Below, piece after piece: positions 1 to 9,955 of a stretch of 64,000 bases of DNA. The stretch is from an uncultured Lachnospiraceae bacterium (GTDB lineage: Bacteria > Bacillota > Clostridia > Oscillospirales > CAG-272). Positions within the stretch are counted from its first letter, which is position 1. Each line of letters begins with the position of its first letter. The DNA lies in the NCBI GenBank assembly GCA_964498965.1, contig CAZCJU010000003.1:107-64106 (forward strand). The letters run 5' to 3'. The position numbers and the translations under genes were made by a program. Below the pieces are notes generated by a model. The model was not told where the DNA came from. It saw only the letters and a program-made list of their open reading frames with translations, and searched no databases.

Positions 1-547
1 CTTTTTGCATATCGAGTGCGAAAAACGTATCCATACCGAATTCGAAAAACTCCCAAAGCACACCGACCGTCATCGAAAAACAAAATGCGACGAGTGACAG
101 GTACAGCGGCGACAAATTTATATTTTTCGCATTTCGGTTCAGCAAATCGACGAGAGCGAAGCCGACTGCGGCAAACAAAAAGCCGTTTATCGTATGCAGC
201 ATAGTATCCCAACCGGATATTTTGATGTAATAGCAATTTATTTCTCCGAGTATTTCAGCCGAGAATATAAACAAAAATATTATACATTCAAGCACCGTAG
301 GAAGCTCCACGTTAAGCTTTTTCTCGATAAACGGAGGAATGAGGAAAAGCACGAGCGAAAGCAAGCATATCATGGCGTTTTCGTAATTTCCGAGAAATAC
401 AGAACGAACGAGAACGCCCAAAACAAGCACTCGAAGCACCGAATAAACGGCAAAGGATACTTTATTTTCCTTTATCGTTTTTTTCAGCTCCGCACCGTAG
501 CCCGCTCTTTTTTTTATCTTTTTCGATCTCTTTTCAGTTTTTTTCAT
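1..547 (-). CDS. Multi-pass membrane protein (YjdF/DUF2238-like); C-terminus cut by window edge
   Basis: Absent from the ORF track because it has no stop inside the window. Minus-strand ATG at 547-545 overlaps the TGA of the upstream gene (TGATG). My translation: MKKTEKRSKKIKKRAGYGAELKK..AMICLLSLVLFLIPPFIEKK..WDTMLHTINGFLFAAVGFALVDLL..VAFCFSMTVGVLWEFFEFGMD, with several hydrophobic helices. Family name is from memory only. Confidence 0.6.
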   Translation of the reverse strand, partial: MKKTEKRSKKIKKRAGYGAELKKTIKENKVSFAVYSVLRVLVLGVLVRSVFLGNYENAMICLLSLVLFLIPPFIEKKLNVELPTVLECIIFLFIFSAEILGEINCYYIKISGWDTMLHTINGFLFAAVGFALVDLLNRNAKNINLSPLYLSLVAFCFSMTVGVLWEFFEFGMDTFFALDMQK

Positions 548-1623
548 CACCGAGTTTCCTTATATTTATTCATCACCACATTATACACGATACATACGTT
601 TTTATAAAACGACGAATGCTCAGCACAGCGAAACAGTTCCGCTGTGCTGTCGCAAAACGCATTTACGACATTTTCGCCGCTTTCGTTCGCACGCACGACG
701 TGGCAGACCGAGGAAAAATGCATCATGAGATACAGCACCGAAAACGAAGTGAACGCCCGCTGCGGTGTAGCCGACGAATCCGCAAAAGGAAAGCACTCAT
801 AAAAAATATGATTGAGCAGCAGCCCTGCGTAATATTCCTCATAATGCGGTAAGATTTTTTTATATTCGTTCTCGCACGCTTTAAAAAACGCCGCTTCCCC
901 GCTTTTTTCCGCATTTTCGGATATAAAGCTCAGGCATTCGACCCCCGAATGCACAAGAGAGGGATTGCTTTCGCCGAGTACACGCACAAGCTCGTTCATA
1001 AGCATAAGGACAAACTCGATATCGGCGTAAACGATATTCGGCGTATCGCTTCCGCACGCTCTTCCGATATCCGCTATTCGTTCTTTGACGGTTTCGGCAC
1101 AGTTTGACATAAGGAGCATACATTTTTCCCGTACTTCGTCCTTGTATTCTATATCGTGCGGTCGGGGAGGTATATATCCGTTATATTCGCGTTCTATGTA
1201 TTCGAGTCGCATACCGTCGCCGACTATCAGCTCAACCGTTTTTTCGCAGCTTCCCGAGCATACGACCTCCGGGCATTTCCACATTCTGACGCATCTCGGA
1301 TACAGTCTGCAGACTGCGGGTATCGCTCCCTCCCCGCACTCTCTTTGAAGCGAGCAATACCCCTCTGCATCTACGAGCGGGCATTTTCCGTTTTTTCCGT
1401 CATTAATGAAGCCGTACTCATCGGGGTCGGGCGAGGGAGAGGGCAGAAACGCACTGTCGAGCCGCTTTCGCAATCCGGCGGAGCATTTCAGTCCGAGCAG
1501 CCTGAAATACTCCTTTTCGGATATCGGAATGAGCCAACCGCCACAGCATACACGGCGGCAGTTTCCGCATTTACACTTAAAATTTTTCAAATAAGACGGG
1601 ACTCTGATCTTGATTTTTCCCAT
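547..1623 (-). CDS. CxxCxxCC cysteine-cluster protein (FliB / YkgJ-like, flagellin lysine-N-methylase family)
   Basis: 358-aa ORF. The N-terminal KNFKCKCGNCRRVCCGGWLIPISEKEY matches the F-C-x-G-x-C-x3-CC-x-GW-I signature of FliB-type proteins. Confidence 0.7.
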   Translation of the reverse strand: MGKIKIRVPSYLKNFKCKCGNCRRVCCGGWLIPISEKEYFRLLGLKCSAGLRKRLDSAFLPSPSPDPDEYGFINDGKNGKCPLVDAEGYCSLQRECGEGAIPAVCRLYPRCVRMWKCPEVVCSGSCEKTVELIVGDGMRLEYIEREYNGYIPPRPHDIEYKDEVREKCMLLMSNCAETVKERIADIGRACGSDTPNIVYADIEFVLMLMNELVRVLGESNPSLVHSGVECLSFISENAEKSGEAAFFKACENEYKKILPHYEEYYAGLLLNHIFYECFPFADSSATPQRAFTSFSVLYLMMHFSSVCHVVRANESGENVVNAFCDSTAELFRCAEHSSFYKNVCIVYNVVMNKYKETR

Positions 1624-1755
1624 GGTTTTTTACCCCAACAAATTTCAGGGTAATTATATCACCGAAAAAAATATTTTTTCAATAACAAGATGAAAACATT
1701 TATTTTTTCGTTTTGAATATTTTTTCGATGTTTTTTGTACGTTTTTCAACAGTTC

Positions 1756-1962
1756 TCAGGCTTTTCTGTTCAGCGGATTATATTCCTCGCTCAATCCCGC
1801 CACAAGCGATGCCATTTCCTCTTTTGACTTGGCATTTCTCGCTCTTGCGGTAACGCTCTCCTTTTCCTCTGCGGTAAGTGCGGCAAAGAAACGCATTGCG
1901 GGCAGATTTCGTTTAAGTGCCGCCGAAAAGCCCTGCGGCAGGTCGTTTTTCGATTCGTACAT
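1756..1962 (-). CDS. Small helical hypothetical protein (weak YdeI/OmpD-associated C-terminal domain resemblance)
   Basis: 68-aa ORF with GGAGG 6 nt upstream of the ATG (plus strand cctcc at 1969-1973). Charged, helical sequence: LPQGFSAALKRNLPAMRFFAALTAEEKE. Confidence 0.5.
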   Translation of the reverse strand: MYESKNDLPQGFSAALKRNLPAMRFFAALTAEEKESVTARARNAKSKEEMASLVAGLSEEYNPLNRKA

Positions 1963-2081
1963 ATTACCTCCGAAAAATTCGTATTCACGTACCGACTCAC
2001 CGTCGCATCAAACGACGGCGGCAAGCCCCTGTTTAAGGTGTATCGATATACGTATTATACGCAATACGGCGGAATATATGC

Positions 2082-2120
2082 AAAAAGCCGCCCCGAATAA
2101 AATATCCGAGGCGACGGCTT
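2082..2120 (-). terminator. Rho-independent terminator after the ytvI-like gene
   Basis: Minus strand reads AAAGCCGTCGCCTCG-loop-CGGGGCGGCTTTTT, starting immediately after the stop codon. Imperfect GC-rich stem followed by a T5 run. Confidence 0.55.
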
Positions 2121-3245
2121 TCAGTCGTTATTATTTGTGTTTTCGTGCGGAATACTTTTGAAGATGTGAATTTTCTCGCGTCTGTTCAGGTCGGTGAGAA
2201 GTGCGAGAATTATCGGGAAGCCGAAAAGTCCGACTATACCGAACAGTGCCGTACCCGAAACCATGGCGATCAGCGTAGCCACGGGGTGGAGTCCGACCTG
2301 TTTCCCGACTATCTTCGGTTCTATTATCTGTCTTATGACGGTTATCACGACGTACACTATCAGCAGTGCCAGACCTATACCGAGTTTATTCTGTATCAGC
2401 GATACGACCGCCCACGGGATAAGCACCGTGCCGGTGCCGACTACCGGCAATATATCGAACACGGCGATAAGGAAGCTTACGAGAGCCACACGTCCCATAG
2501 AGCCGACCATATCGGGGAATATCAGGTTTGCTATCGAAAGGCTGACAAAAAGCTCGGTAAATGTTATGAGCAATATCAACGCATACGAGCGGATATATTT
2601 CAGCAGTATGGTCGTCACGTACCGTTTGATTTCGAGTATCGTGTTTTGTGTCTTTTCGGGGAACTGAGCGATGCACCATTTACCGATATGCTCATAATCG
2701 GCGGATATGAAGAACGTTGCGATTATCGTTATCAGAATGCTGAGCAGCAGGCTCGGGATACCGGACACGAGGGTAAATACCGTATCCACCATTTTCGTCA
2801 TTTCCTGCAATCTTGCGGCAAGCCACGACATTACCGTGTTTATATCGAGCGAAATGTCGGGGTTTACGATCTTCAGCTTTTCTTCTACAGCCGACAACAC
2901 GTCCTTGACCGCAGGCATAAGTGTATTTTTGTAGTAGTCGGGGAGCATATTCACCCATTTTATCACCGCCGCAACGAGCCTTATCGTACCGAAGGTGAGC
3001 AACGCTCCCACAGTACAGTAAAACAGTATAACGACGGCGGTCGAGGCTATTCGAAGTTTGAATTTCATTTTGTTTTTGATAAAACGTACCGCCGGTCGCA
3101 ATATAGAAGCTATCAAAAACGCAAGCACGAACGGTGCGAGTGCCGCCAAGATATACTTAAAAACGAAATACACCAGCACGACTATCAGGGCAAAATAAAC
3201 GACGTTAATTATGAATCTTCTTTTTTTCTCTACGGAATCCTGCAT
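2121..3245 (-). CDS. AI-2E family transporter / sporulation integral membrane protein YtvI-like
   Basis: Track ORF 2121..3386 trimmed to the ATG at 3245 (MQDSVEKKRRFIINVVYFAL), which follows AGGGGTG and avoids overlap with tcdA. Roughly 8 TM helices with AI-2E-like layout. Confidence 0.8.
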   Translation of the reverse strand: MQDSVEKKRRFIINVVYFALIVVLVYFVFKYILAALAPFVLAFLIASILRPAVRFIKNKMKFKLRIASTAVVILFYCTVGALLTFGTIRLVAAVIKWVNMLPDYYKNTLMPAVKDVLSAVEEKLKIVNPDISLDINTVMSWLAARLQEMTKMVDTVFTLVSGIPSLLLSILITIIATFFISADYEHIGKWCIAQFPEKTQNTILEIKRYVTTILLKYIRSYALILLITFTELFVSLSIANLIFPDMVGSMGRVALVSFLIAVFDILPVVGTGTVLIPWAVVSLIQNKLGIGLALLIVYVVITVIRQIIEPKIVGKQVGLHPVATLIAMVSGTALFGIVGLFGFPIILALLTDLNRREKIHIFKSIPHENTNNND

Positions 3246-3328
3246 GATATTCACCCCTTTTTGTAAAAAGCTACCCGGTTTTATTGTATTCGATAATTGT
3301 GAACCCGATAATATGTATTTATAACTTT

Positions 3329-4030
3329 TTACGTCAGCAAAAGTATATCTTTGATGACTTCCGATGCCATGATAAGGCCCGCACATCCCGGAACGAATGC
3401 AATGCTTCCGGGAGCGTGTCTGCCGTTTGACATTTCGGTAAGCTTCAACGTATTTTCCTCGATCGAATACACGGTTTTCAGTTTATCCACCCGTGCTTCT
3501 CTGAGTTTTTTTCGCATAACTCTCGCAAGCGGACAGCCCCGTGTTTCGAAAACGTCGCCGACACGAAGCAAGCACGGATCGAGCTTATTTCCCGTACCCA
3601 TACTGCTTATCACCCTTACTCCCGCCTCCTTGCAGGAGCTTATCAAAAACACCTTGCTCGACACGGTATCTATCGCATCCGCAACGTAGTCAAGCTCGGC
3701 AAGCGAAAAATTCTCCTCCTCGCCGTAGAAAATGCGTTTTTCGGTCACCTCGCAGTCGGGATTTATATCCCTTATTCTTTCGGCGGCAACTTCCGTTTTA
3801 TATCTGCCGACAGTCGAAGTCAATGCGACGAGCTGACGGTTTATGTTGCTTTCGGACACGGTATCTCCGTCAACGAGCGTGATATGACCGACGCCGGTCC
3901 TCGCAAGTGCTTCGGCGGTATAAGAGCCGACGCCGCCCAATCCGAACACTGCCACACGGGCATTTTCGAGCTTTTTCAGTCCGTTTTCGCCTATGACCAT
4001 TTCCGTTCTTATGCTTCTTTCTCTTTTCAC
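3329..4030 (-). CDS. tcdA: tRNA threonylcarbamoyladenosine dehydratase (ThiF/E1-like, TcdA)
   Basis: VAVFGLGGVGSYTAEALARTGVGHITLVDGDTVSESNINRQ is the ThiF-family Rossmann motif. Length of 233 aa fits the TcdA/CsdL subgroup. Confidence 0.8.
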   Translation of the reverse strand: MKRERSIRTEMVIGENGLKKLENARVAVFGLGGVGSYTAEALARTGVGHITLVDGDTVSESNINRQLVALTSTVGRYKTEVAAERIRDINPDCEVTEKRIFYGEEENFSLAELDYVADAIDTVSSKVFLISSCKEAGVRVISSMGTGNKLDPCLLRVGDVFETRGCPLARVMRKKLREARVDKLKTVYSIEENTLKLTEMSNGRHAPGSIAFVPGCAGLIMASEVIKDILLLT

Positions 4031-4602
4031 AGCTCGTCCAGATCGAGAGAAAACGACGGCAGAAAATGCTCGTTAAAATATATCAGCTCATCGGAATCGT
4101 ATGCCTCAAGCGAGCGTCTTATCGTTTTTTCCGCACTCGAAAACTCTCTGTTTCCTCCCTTTGCTTCTTCGATGCATTTTATCAAAGCACACAGCTTATC
4201 GGCGGTCTTGACAAGTCTGTAGGTAAGCTCGTCGCACTCCTCGCACACAAGCGGTTCATATGTTTTCTTAAGCTCTTCGGGAAGCTTGGATAGCAGCAGC
4301 CGTGCGGAGTTTTTTTCTATTTCGTCGTATGTGCTTCGCATTTTTTCGTTGTAATATTTAACGGGTGTCGGCAGATCGCCGCAAAGCACCTCGGAGCTGT
4401 CGTGGTAAAGTGCGAACAAAGCCGTTTTATCCGGATCCGCCGTTCCGCCGAACACATCTCGGTTTATGACCGCAAGCAGATGTGCGATGACAGCCGTTTC
4501 CGCACTATGCACTGCGAGGCTTTCCTCCTGCATACAATGCATGAGCGACCAGCGATTGATGTATTTTTGCCTGAACAGTAAGGCGGGAAAGGTATATTTC
4601 AT
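4027..4602 (-). CDS. HD-domain 5'-deoxynucleotidase (YfbR-like)
   Basis: RQKYINRWSLM..ESLAVHSAETAVIAHLLA..ALYHDSSEVLCGDLPTPVKY carries the H..HD..D metal motif pattern of YfbR-type HD hydrolases. The start overlaps... the gene's stop overlaps the tcdA start by 4 nt. Confidence 0.75.
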   Translation of the reverse strand: MKYTFPALLFRQKYINRWSLMHCMQEESLAVHSAETAVIAHLLAVINRDVFGGTADPDKTALFALYHDSSEVLCGDLPTPVKYYNEKMRSTYDEIEKNSARLLLSKLPEELKKTYEPLVCEECDELTYRLVKTADKLCALIKCIEEAKGGNREFSSAEKTIRRSLEAYDSDELIYFNEHFLPSFSLDLDEL

Positions 4603-4633
4603 GTATTTCTCCTTCGATTGCGAATATATGCAC

Positions 4634-6025
4634 TCATTTTCCGACGCAGAATTTCGAGAAGATCTCGCCGACGATATCTTCGCTTATCTGTGTGCCGTCG
4701 GCTCTGCCTATCGCCTCCATAGCATCGGTCAGATCTATCGAAGCGATATCAACGCTTTGACCGTTTTTCAGTGCCTCACATACGTTTTTCAGACTCTGTC
4801 TTGCCGAGCTTATTTCTCCGAGCTGTCTTGCGTTTGCGATATGCGGCTCGTCGTAATCTATACCGCCCGCCAAAAACATTTTTTCGGTAAGCGATCCCAG
4901 CTCGTCTATTCCCTCCGAGGTCTTTGCACTGATATGCACGACGTTTTCGAAATGCTTCGATATTTCGCTCTCGTCGAGTCGCTTTTCACCGTCACATTTA
5001 TTTATTACCGCTATTTTCGCACAATCGGCATCTTTCAGTGCGGAAACGAGCCTTGCGTCCTCCGTATCGAACGGGCGAGTGGCATCGAACACGGCAAGAG
5101 CAAGCGAGCATTCTCTCATTTTTTTCATTGCTCTGTCAACGCCGATAGCTTCGATCTCATCGCTCGTTCCGCGTATTCCGGCGGTATCGCACAGCCGCAG
5201 GACGGCATCGCCGCAATTCACGGTATTCGTCACTACATCTCTCGTCGTTCCCGCCGTCGAGGTAACTATCGCCACTTCTTCGCCCGACATGGCATTGAGC
5301 AGTGAGGATTTTCCGACGTTAGGTTTACCGCATATTACCGTGTCTATGCCGACGCTGACAGCTTTTTTGACTTCATACGAGCGAACGAGCCGTTCAAGTC
5401 GCTTGTCGATCTCCTCCACCCGTCGAAGCATCGTTTCGGGCGAAACATCGCTCAAATCCTCGTCGGGGTAATCGATATAAGCATAAATGCTTGCGACGAT
5501 GCTTTTCATTTCATCATACAGCAAGCCTATCTCACCGCTCAACCGTTCTCTGCCCGAAACGCTTGCCAGTTTAAGTCCGGCACGGCTCTGTGCGTCGATA
5601 ACGTCCATGACCGCCTCCGCACCGGACAGGCTCAGCTTTCCGTTCACGAAAGCTCTTTTCGTAAACTCGCCCGCACCCGCAGGGCAAGCACCCGCTTCGA
5701 AAAGGGCTTCAAGCACGAGTCGTGTCACCAAGACACCGCCGTGACACATTATTTCCGCCATATCCTCGCCCGTATATGAATGCGGAGCTTTGTATATCAC
5801 GGCTATTCCGTCATCTATCACGTCACCATCCTGCATGATGACACCGTACACCGTTTTATTTGCGTCAAAGCTGTACAACGGCCGTTTTGCTTTCGGTTTA
5901 AACACAGCCGAAGCTATTTTAAGTGCGTCGTCGCCCGTTACCCGTACGATCGCTATCGCACCTCTGCCCTTTGCACTCGAAAGTGCCGCCACGGTCTTAT
6001 CAGATCTCATAGTATACCCGTTCAT
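4634..6025 (-). CDS. mnmE: tRNA modification GTPase MnmE
   Basis: G1 motif GKPNVGKSSLLN, G-domain DTAG, and the canonical C-terminal FCVGK. 463 aa. Confidence 0.95.
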   Translation of the reverse strand: MNGYTMRSDKTVAALSSAKGRGAIAIVRVTGDDALKIASAVFKPKAKRPLYSFDANKTVYGVIMQDGDVIDDGIAVIYKAPHSYTGEDMAEIMCHGGVLVTRLVLEALFEAGACPAGAGEFTKRAFVNGKLSLSGAEAVMDVIDAQSRAGLKLASVSGRERLSGEIGLLYDEMKSIVASIYAYIDYPDEDLSDVSPETMLRRVEEIDKRLERLVRSYEVKKAVSVGIDTVICGKPNVGKSSLLNAMSGEEVAIVTSTAGTTRDVVTNTVNCGDAVLRLCDTAGIRGTSDEIEAIGVDRAMKKMRECSLALAVFDATRPFDTEDARLVSALKDADCAKIAVINKCDGEKRLDESEISKHFENVVHISAKTSEGIDELGSLTEKMFLAGGIDYDEPHIANARQLGEISSARQSLKNVCEALKNGQSVDIASIDLTDAMEAIGRADGTQISEDIVGEIFSKFCVGK

Positions 6026-6178
6026 TTCAATCGATAATTTTTTTTATTTTATCACGCCGAGCCGGCTTTGTCAATATTCGTCGTGTAAAATTTGACTGTA
6101 TGTCCGAATTTAGGCACGGCAGGAATAAAAAAAGCGGCATTACGAGAAGGAATTTATCAAAATTTATGCAATTAGTGA

Positions 6179-6207
6179 TTGATTTTTGGATTTGAATGTG
6201 ATATACT
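6179..6207 (+). promoter_or_regulatory. Sigma-A-type promoter for the GH3 operon
   Basis: TTGATT (6179-6184), 17-nt spacer, TATACT (6202-6207). It lies inside the over-extended track ORF. Confidence 0.45.
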
Positions 6208-6247
6208 GTATGATAAGGTAGTATATACTGTAAAAGGAGCGATCGTT

Positions 6248-7255
6248 TTGTCTGTAAATGTAAATGAAATATTAACAAGTATGAGTGTAGAGGAAAAGGT
6301 AGGTCAGCTTTTCCTCGCACACTGCCCCGACCGTGACGAGGAACGAGTAATAAAGGAACTGCACGTCGGCGGTTTTGTCATGTTCGCACGCGATTTCGAA
6401 AGCTACACGCCCGACGGAGTAAGAGAAAGAGTCGCAAAATTTCAGTCGTGGGCGAAGATCCCGCTCGCGTTGTCGGCAGACGAGGAAGGCGGTTCGGTCA
6501 CACGCATAAGCAAATTCCCTCAATTCAGAGAAAAGCCGTTCGAAACGCCTCACGATATGTACCGTAAGGAGGGACTCGGCGGTATTCGCCGCGAAGCAAA
6601 GGAAAAAGCGGAGCTGATGAAATCGCTCGGTTTGAATTACAATTTGGCACCCGTGTGCGATTACAGCATAGACCCCGATTCGTACATTTCAAAACGTGTA
6701 CTCGGCGTTTCACCGCAGGTAACGGCGGAATATGTGAGAATAGTAACGAAAAAATTCAACGAACTTAATGTGGGTGTATCGCTCAAGCACTTCCCCGGTT
6801 ACGGCGGAAACAGCGACACGCACAAGGGAATGTCGTCGGACCTGCGTCCTCTTTCGATATTCGAAAGCGAGGATCTGCTGCCGTTCATCGCCGGCATAGA
6901 GGCGGGAGCGGACAGCGTAATGGTATCGCACAACATAGTCAAATGCTTCGACGAGGAATACCCGTCGTCGCTGTCGTACCCCGTTCACGAATATTTGCGT
7001 AAAAAGCTCGGCTTTAACGGCGTAATAATCACCGATTCGCTCACAATGAGTGCTATACGGGAGTTTACGAACGGAAACGACCCCTGCACACGTGCGTTGC
7101 TGTGCGGAAACGACATGATAATCACATCGAAATACGAGGACGGCTATCATGCGTTGCTTGAAAACGTATCAAACGGCACGGTAAGTGCCGACATACTCGA
7201 CTCCGCCGTACTGCGTATACTGAAAATGAAAGCGAAGCTCGGCATAATAAGATGA
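6248..7255 (+). CDS. Glycoside hydrolase family 3 protein (beta-N-acetylhexosaminidase, NagZ-like)
   Basis: KVGQLF, SADEEGG, KHFPGYG and GVIITDSLTM motifs typical of the GH3 N-terminal domain. Start moved to TTG 6248, which lies 8 nt after AAGGAG (6234-6239). Confidence 0.8.
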   Translation: MSVNVNEILTSMSVEEKVGQLFLAHCPDRDEERVIKELHVGGFVMFARDFESYTPDGVRERVAKFQSWAKIPLALSADEEGGSVTRISKFPQFREKPFETPHDMYRKEGLGGIRREAKEKAELMKSLGLNYNLAPVCDYSIDPDSYISKRVLGVSPQVTAEYVRIVTKKFNELNVGVSLKHFPGYGGNSDTHKGMSSDLRPLSIFESEDLLPFIAGIEAGADSVMVSHNIVKCFDEEYPSSLSYPVHEYLRKKLGFNGVIITDSLTMSAIREFTNGNDPCTRALLCGNDMIITSKYEDGYHALLENVSNGTVSADILDSAVLRILKMKAKLGIIR

Positions 7256-9165
7256 CAGATACGAAAAAGAGGGACACGCCCGCAATAAAGAAAATACTGT
7301 CCTCAAAAGCTTTGCGTATCGTCTGTCTTATCGTATACGACGCATTGGCACTTGCGTTTGCGGAGATGTTTTCGCTTTTCCTTCGAGAGGATCTTAACGT
7401 AAACAGTGCCGATTTTTCGGTCGAGTTCGCAAATCTGATTCAATATTTGCCCGTCGCCGTACTGCTTACCGTGGTCATATTCGCACTTCTCCGCATTTAC
7501 GACAGTCTTTGGCAGTTCGCAAGCATATACGAATATTCGCTGATACTGTTAGGTACCACGATCGCATTCGTTATAAACACCGTTCTGCGTACCGTACTTG
7601 ATCTTAAGCTTCCGCGTTCGTGCTATCCGATGATATGGATGCTTTTCACGTTCGAAACCGTCGGGATAAGAGTTCTTTACCGCGTCGTAAGAAGCGGAAG
7701 AAAGAAAAACAGCGGTAAAAAAACGACAAAATGCAACGTCATGCTGATCGGAGCGGGCTATGCCGCAAACATATTGTTGAAAGAATTCAACACAAGCACG
7801 CTTCACAATAAGAAGAAGGTCGTTTGCATAATCGACGATGCCCTTGAAAAAAAGGGCTTGCGTATGGGCGGAGTGCGGATCGTCGGCACACGCAACGACA
7901 TTCCCGAAATGGTCAAAAAGTACGAGGTAGACGAGATCATTTTCGCAATTCCCTCTCTCGACAGCAAGGAAAAAGCAAAAATTCTCGGAATATGCAAAAA
8001 AACGCGTTGTTCGCTCAAGACGTTGCCCGGCATATCGCAATACGTAAACAACGAAATACGTCTGTCGTCGCTTGAAAGCATCGACGTAAACGACTTTTTG
8101 GGCAGAGAGCCGATAAAAGCGGATATTGACAGTATTATCGGCTACATTGAGGGCAAGGTCATAATAGTTACGGGCGGAGGCGGCTCTATCGGAAGCGAGC
8201 TATGCCGTCAGATAGCGTGCCACAAGCCGAAGCGGCTCATAATATTCGACATATACGAAAACAATGCATATGATATACAGAACGAGCTTAAGTCCGTACA
8301 TCCCGATTTAGACCTTGTCACGCTCATAGGCTCCGTAAGGGACGAGCATCGCGTGGATCAGGTATTCGAAAAATACCGTCCCGAAATAGTATTTCACGCC
8401 GCCGCACACAAGCACGTGCCTCTTATGGAGGATTCTCCCAACGAGGCAGTGAAAAACAATGTGTTCGGCACATTGGCACTCGCCCGTGCCGCCGACGCTT
8501 ACGGCGTAAGCAGGTTCATACTCATTTCTACGGACAAGGCGGTAAACCCGACGAACATAATGGGTGCGACGAAGCGTATATGCGAAATGATCATTCAAAG
8601 TCAAAACAAAAGGTCTAAGACCGAATTTGTCGCCGTTCGTTTCGGAAACGTACTCGGTTCGAACGGAAGCGTTATTCCGCTTTTCAAAAAACAGATAGCC
8701 GAGGGCGGTCCGGTCACGGTCACCGACCCGAACATCATCAGATTTTTCATGACTATTCCCGAAGCCGTCGGTTTGGTGCTTAAGGCGGGAGCTTTAGCAC
8801 ACGGAGGCGAGATATTCGTACTCGACATGGGTCAGCCGGTAAAAATACTCGACCTCGCAGAGAACCTCATTCGCCTTTCGGGGCATATTCCCTACACGGA
8901 CATAGACATAGTTTTTACCGGTCTGCGTCCCGGCGAAAAGCTTTACGAAGAGATACTGCTTGACGAGGAGGGCATAAGATCCACCTCGGACGAAAAAATA
9001 TACATCGGTCACCCGCTCGATTTCGACACGGACGAGTTTGAAGCTTCACTCGCCCGTTTGCACGAGATAATGAACGACGATTCGTGCGACATGAAAGCGG
9101 AAATAAACAAGATCGTGCCTATAAAGGGCTATAAAGCACATACGGAGATTAGTGCGAGGATATAA
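7252..9165 (+). CDS. Membrane-bound polysaccharide biosynthesis protein, CapD/PglF/WbpM-type NDP-sugar 4,6-dehydratase
   Basis: N-terminal TM helices, then Rossmann motif VTGGGGSIGSEL and an SDR-like core (HAAAHKHVPLME). The ATG overlaps the GH3 stop (ATGA). Confidence 0.85.
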   Translation: MTDTKKRDTPAIKKILSSKALRIVCLIVYDALALAFAEMFSLFLREDLNVNSADFSVEFANLIQYLPVAVLLTVVIFALLRIYDSLWQFASIYEYSLILLGTTIAFVINTVLRTVLDLKLPRSCYPMIWMLFTFETVGIRVLYRVVRSGRKKNSGKKTTKCNVMLIGAGYAANILLKEFNTSTLHNKKKVVCIIDDALEKKGLRMGGVRIVGTRNDIPEMVKKYEVDEIIFAIPSLDSKEKAKILGICKKTRCSLKTLPGISQYVNNEIRLSSLESIDVNDFLGREPIKADIDSIIGYIEGKVIIVTGGGGSIGSELCRQIACHKPKRLIIFDIYENNAYDIQNELKSVHPDLDLVTLIGSVRDEHRVDQVFEKYRPEIVFHAAAHKHVPLMEDSPNEAVKNNVFGTLALARAADAYGVSRFILISTDKAVNPTNIMGATKRICEMIIQSQNKRSKTEFVAVRFGNVLGSNGSVIPLFKKQIAEGGPVTVTDPNIIRFFMTIPEAVGLVLKAGALAHGGEIFVLDMGQPVKILDLAENLIRLSGHIPYTDIDIVFTGLRPGEKLYEEILLDEEGIRSTSDEKIYIGHPLDFDTDEFEASLARLHEIMNDDSCDMKAEINKIVPIKGYKAHTEISARI

Positions 9166-9173
9166 ACCGAAAA

Positions 9174-9677
9174 ATGAAAAAGTCTTTCTCATTGAATAAA
9201 AAACAGCTCATCGTGCTTATCATCGCAATATTCACGCTTATCGCTATATTCTCTTTTTCGCTGTTCGACGGCGATTCAAGTCGACAGATGAGCGACGGCT
9301 TCGACAGCGGAGTAGGTCAAGTCGTGCGTAAAGTGCTGTCGGTATTTGTCGGCGAAAAACGCTCGCAGGAGCTGAACATAAGAAAATTAGGTCACTTCTT
9401 CGAGTATTCCGTTTTGGGCTTTGAGGCATCGCTGTTTGTTATATTACTCGGCGGATCGAATGCGATCAATGCGGTCTGTATGCTGTTTTTCGGCATGGCA
9501 TCGGCTCTTATCGACGAAACGATACAGCTCGGCAGAGCCGGCAGGTCGGGGCAAATATCCGACGTTTGGCTCGACCTTTGCGGCTTTACGCTTTGTGCCG
9601 TATTGACCTTGACCGTCAATGCGTTCGTTCGCTCGTCGAAGCGGCGAAAAAGCGACAAGGCAAACAAGCGGGCATAA
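9174..9677 (+). CDS. VanZ family membrane protein
   Basis: 167 aa, 4 TM. GHFFEYSVLG and IDETIQL motifs are typical of VanZ-like proteins. Confidence 0.7.
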   Translation: MKKSFSLNKKQLIVLIIAIFTLIAIFSFSLFDGDSSRQMSDGFDSGVGQVVRKVLSVFVGEKRSQELNIRKLGHFFEYSVLGFEASLFVILLGGSNAINAVCMLFFGMASALIDETIQLGRAGRSGQISDVWLDLCGFTLCAVLTLTVNAFVRSSKRRKSDKANKRA

Positions 9678-9696
9678 GGATCGATCCTTTAATGAA

Positions 9697-9743
9697 GGTG
9701 ACGACCGAGTTCAATAAGGGTTTTGTCCGTCACCGTATTTTTT
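9697..9743 (+). terminator. Possible Rho-independent terminator after vanZ
   Basis: GGTGACG (9697-9703) pairs with CGTCACC (9728-9734), followed by GTATTTTTT. The large 24-nt loop lowers confidence. Confidence 0.4.
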
Positions 9744-9955
9744 CAAATCAAAATCGTATTTTTTCAAAATCGTATTTTTTATATTTTTCCGAATTTGATG
9801 CTTATAAATACACATTTTCATAATATACTGTAATACACGCAATGCAATGTCGGCGGCGACGCAGTGCGGCTTACGGTGCAATTGCAGCCGTGCCGCATGG
9901 GACTGTGCCGACAGGTTTGCTTCGGAACGAACCGAATTAACGAATTGGAGAGAGC

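Noticed and set aside
194-607. 137-aa plus-strand ORF at the left edge
   Set aside because: It lies opposite the YjdF-like membrane protein, which reads cleanly on the minus strand and is translationally coupled to the upstream gene. The plus-frame product is K/R/F-rich nonsense.
2145-3266. 373-aa plus-strand ORF opposite the ytvI-like gene
   Set aside because: It is an antisense shadow ORF with Y/R/H/D-rich nonsense composition, while the minus-strand product is a coherent polytopic transporter. The same reasoning applies to 10597..11649(-), 23397..24350(-), 31342..32103(-), 32778..33467(-), 35909..36484(+), 38822..39547(+), 40356..41228(+), 51579..52721(+), 43272..43997(+) and 27334..28098(+).
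9830-9955. Possible T-box (Cys) riboswitch in the cysE-cysS leader, as found in Bacillus
   Set aside because: The leader is only about 125 nt. I cannot find the conserved AGGGUGGUACCGCG T-box sequence (the closest is ATGGGACTGTGCCGAC) or a specifier-loop/AG-bay arrangement. I kept it only as a structured leader.
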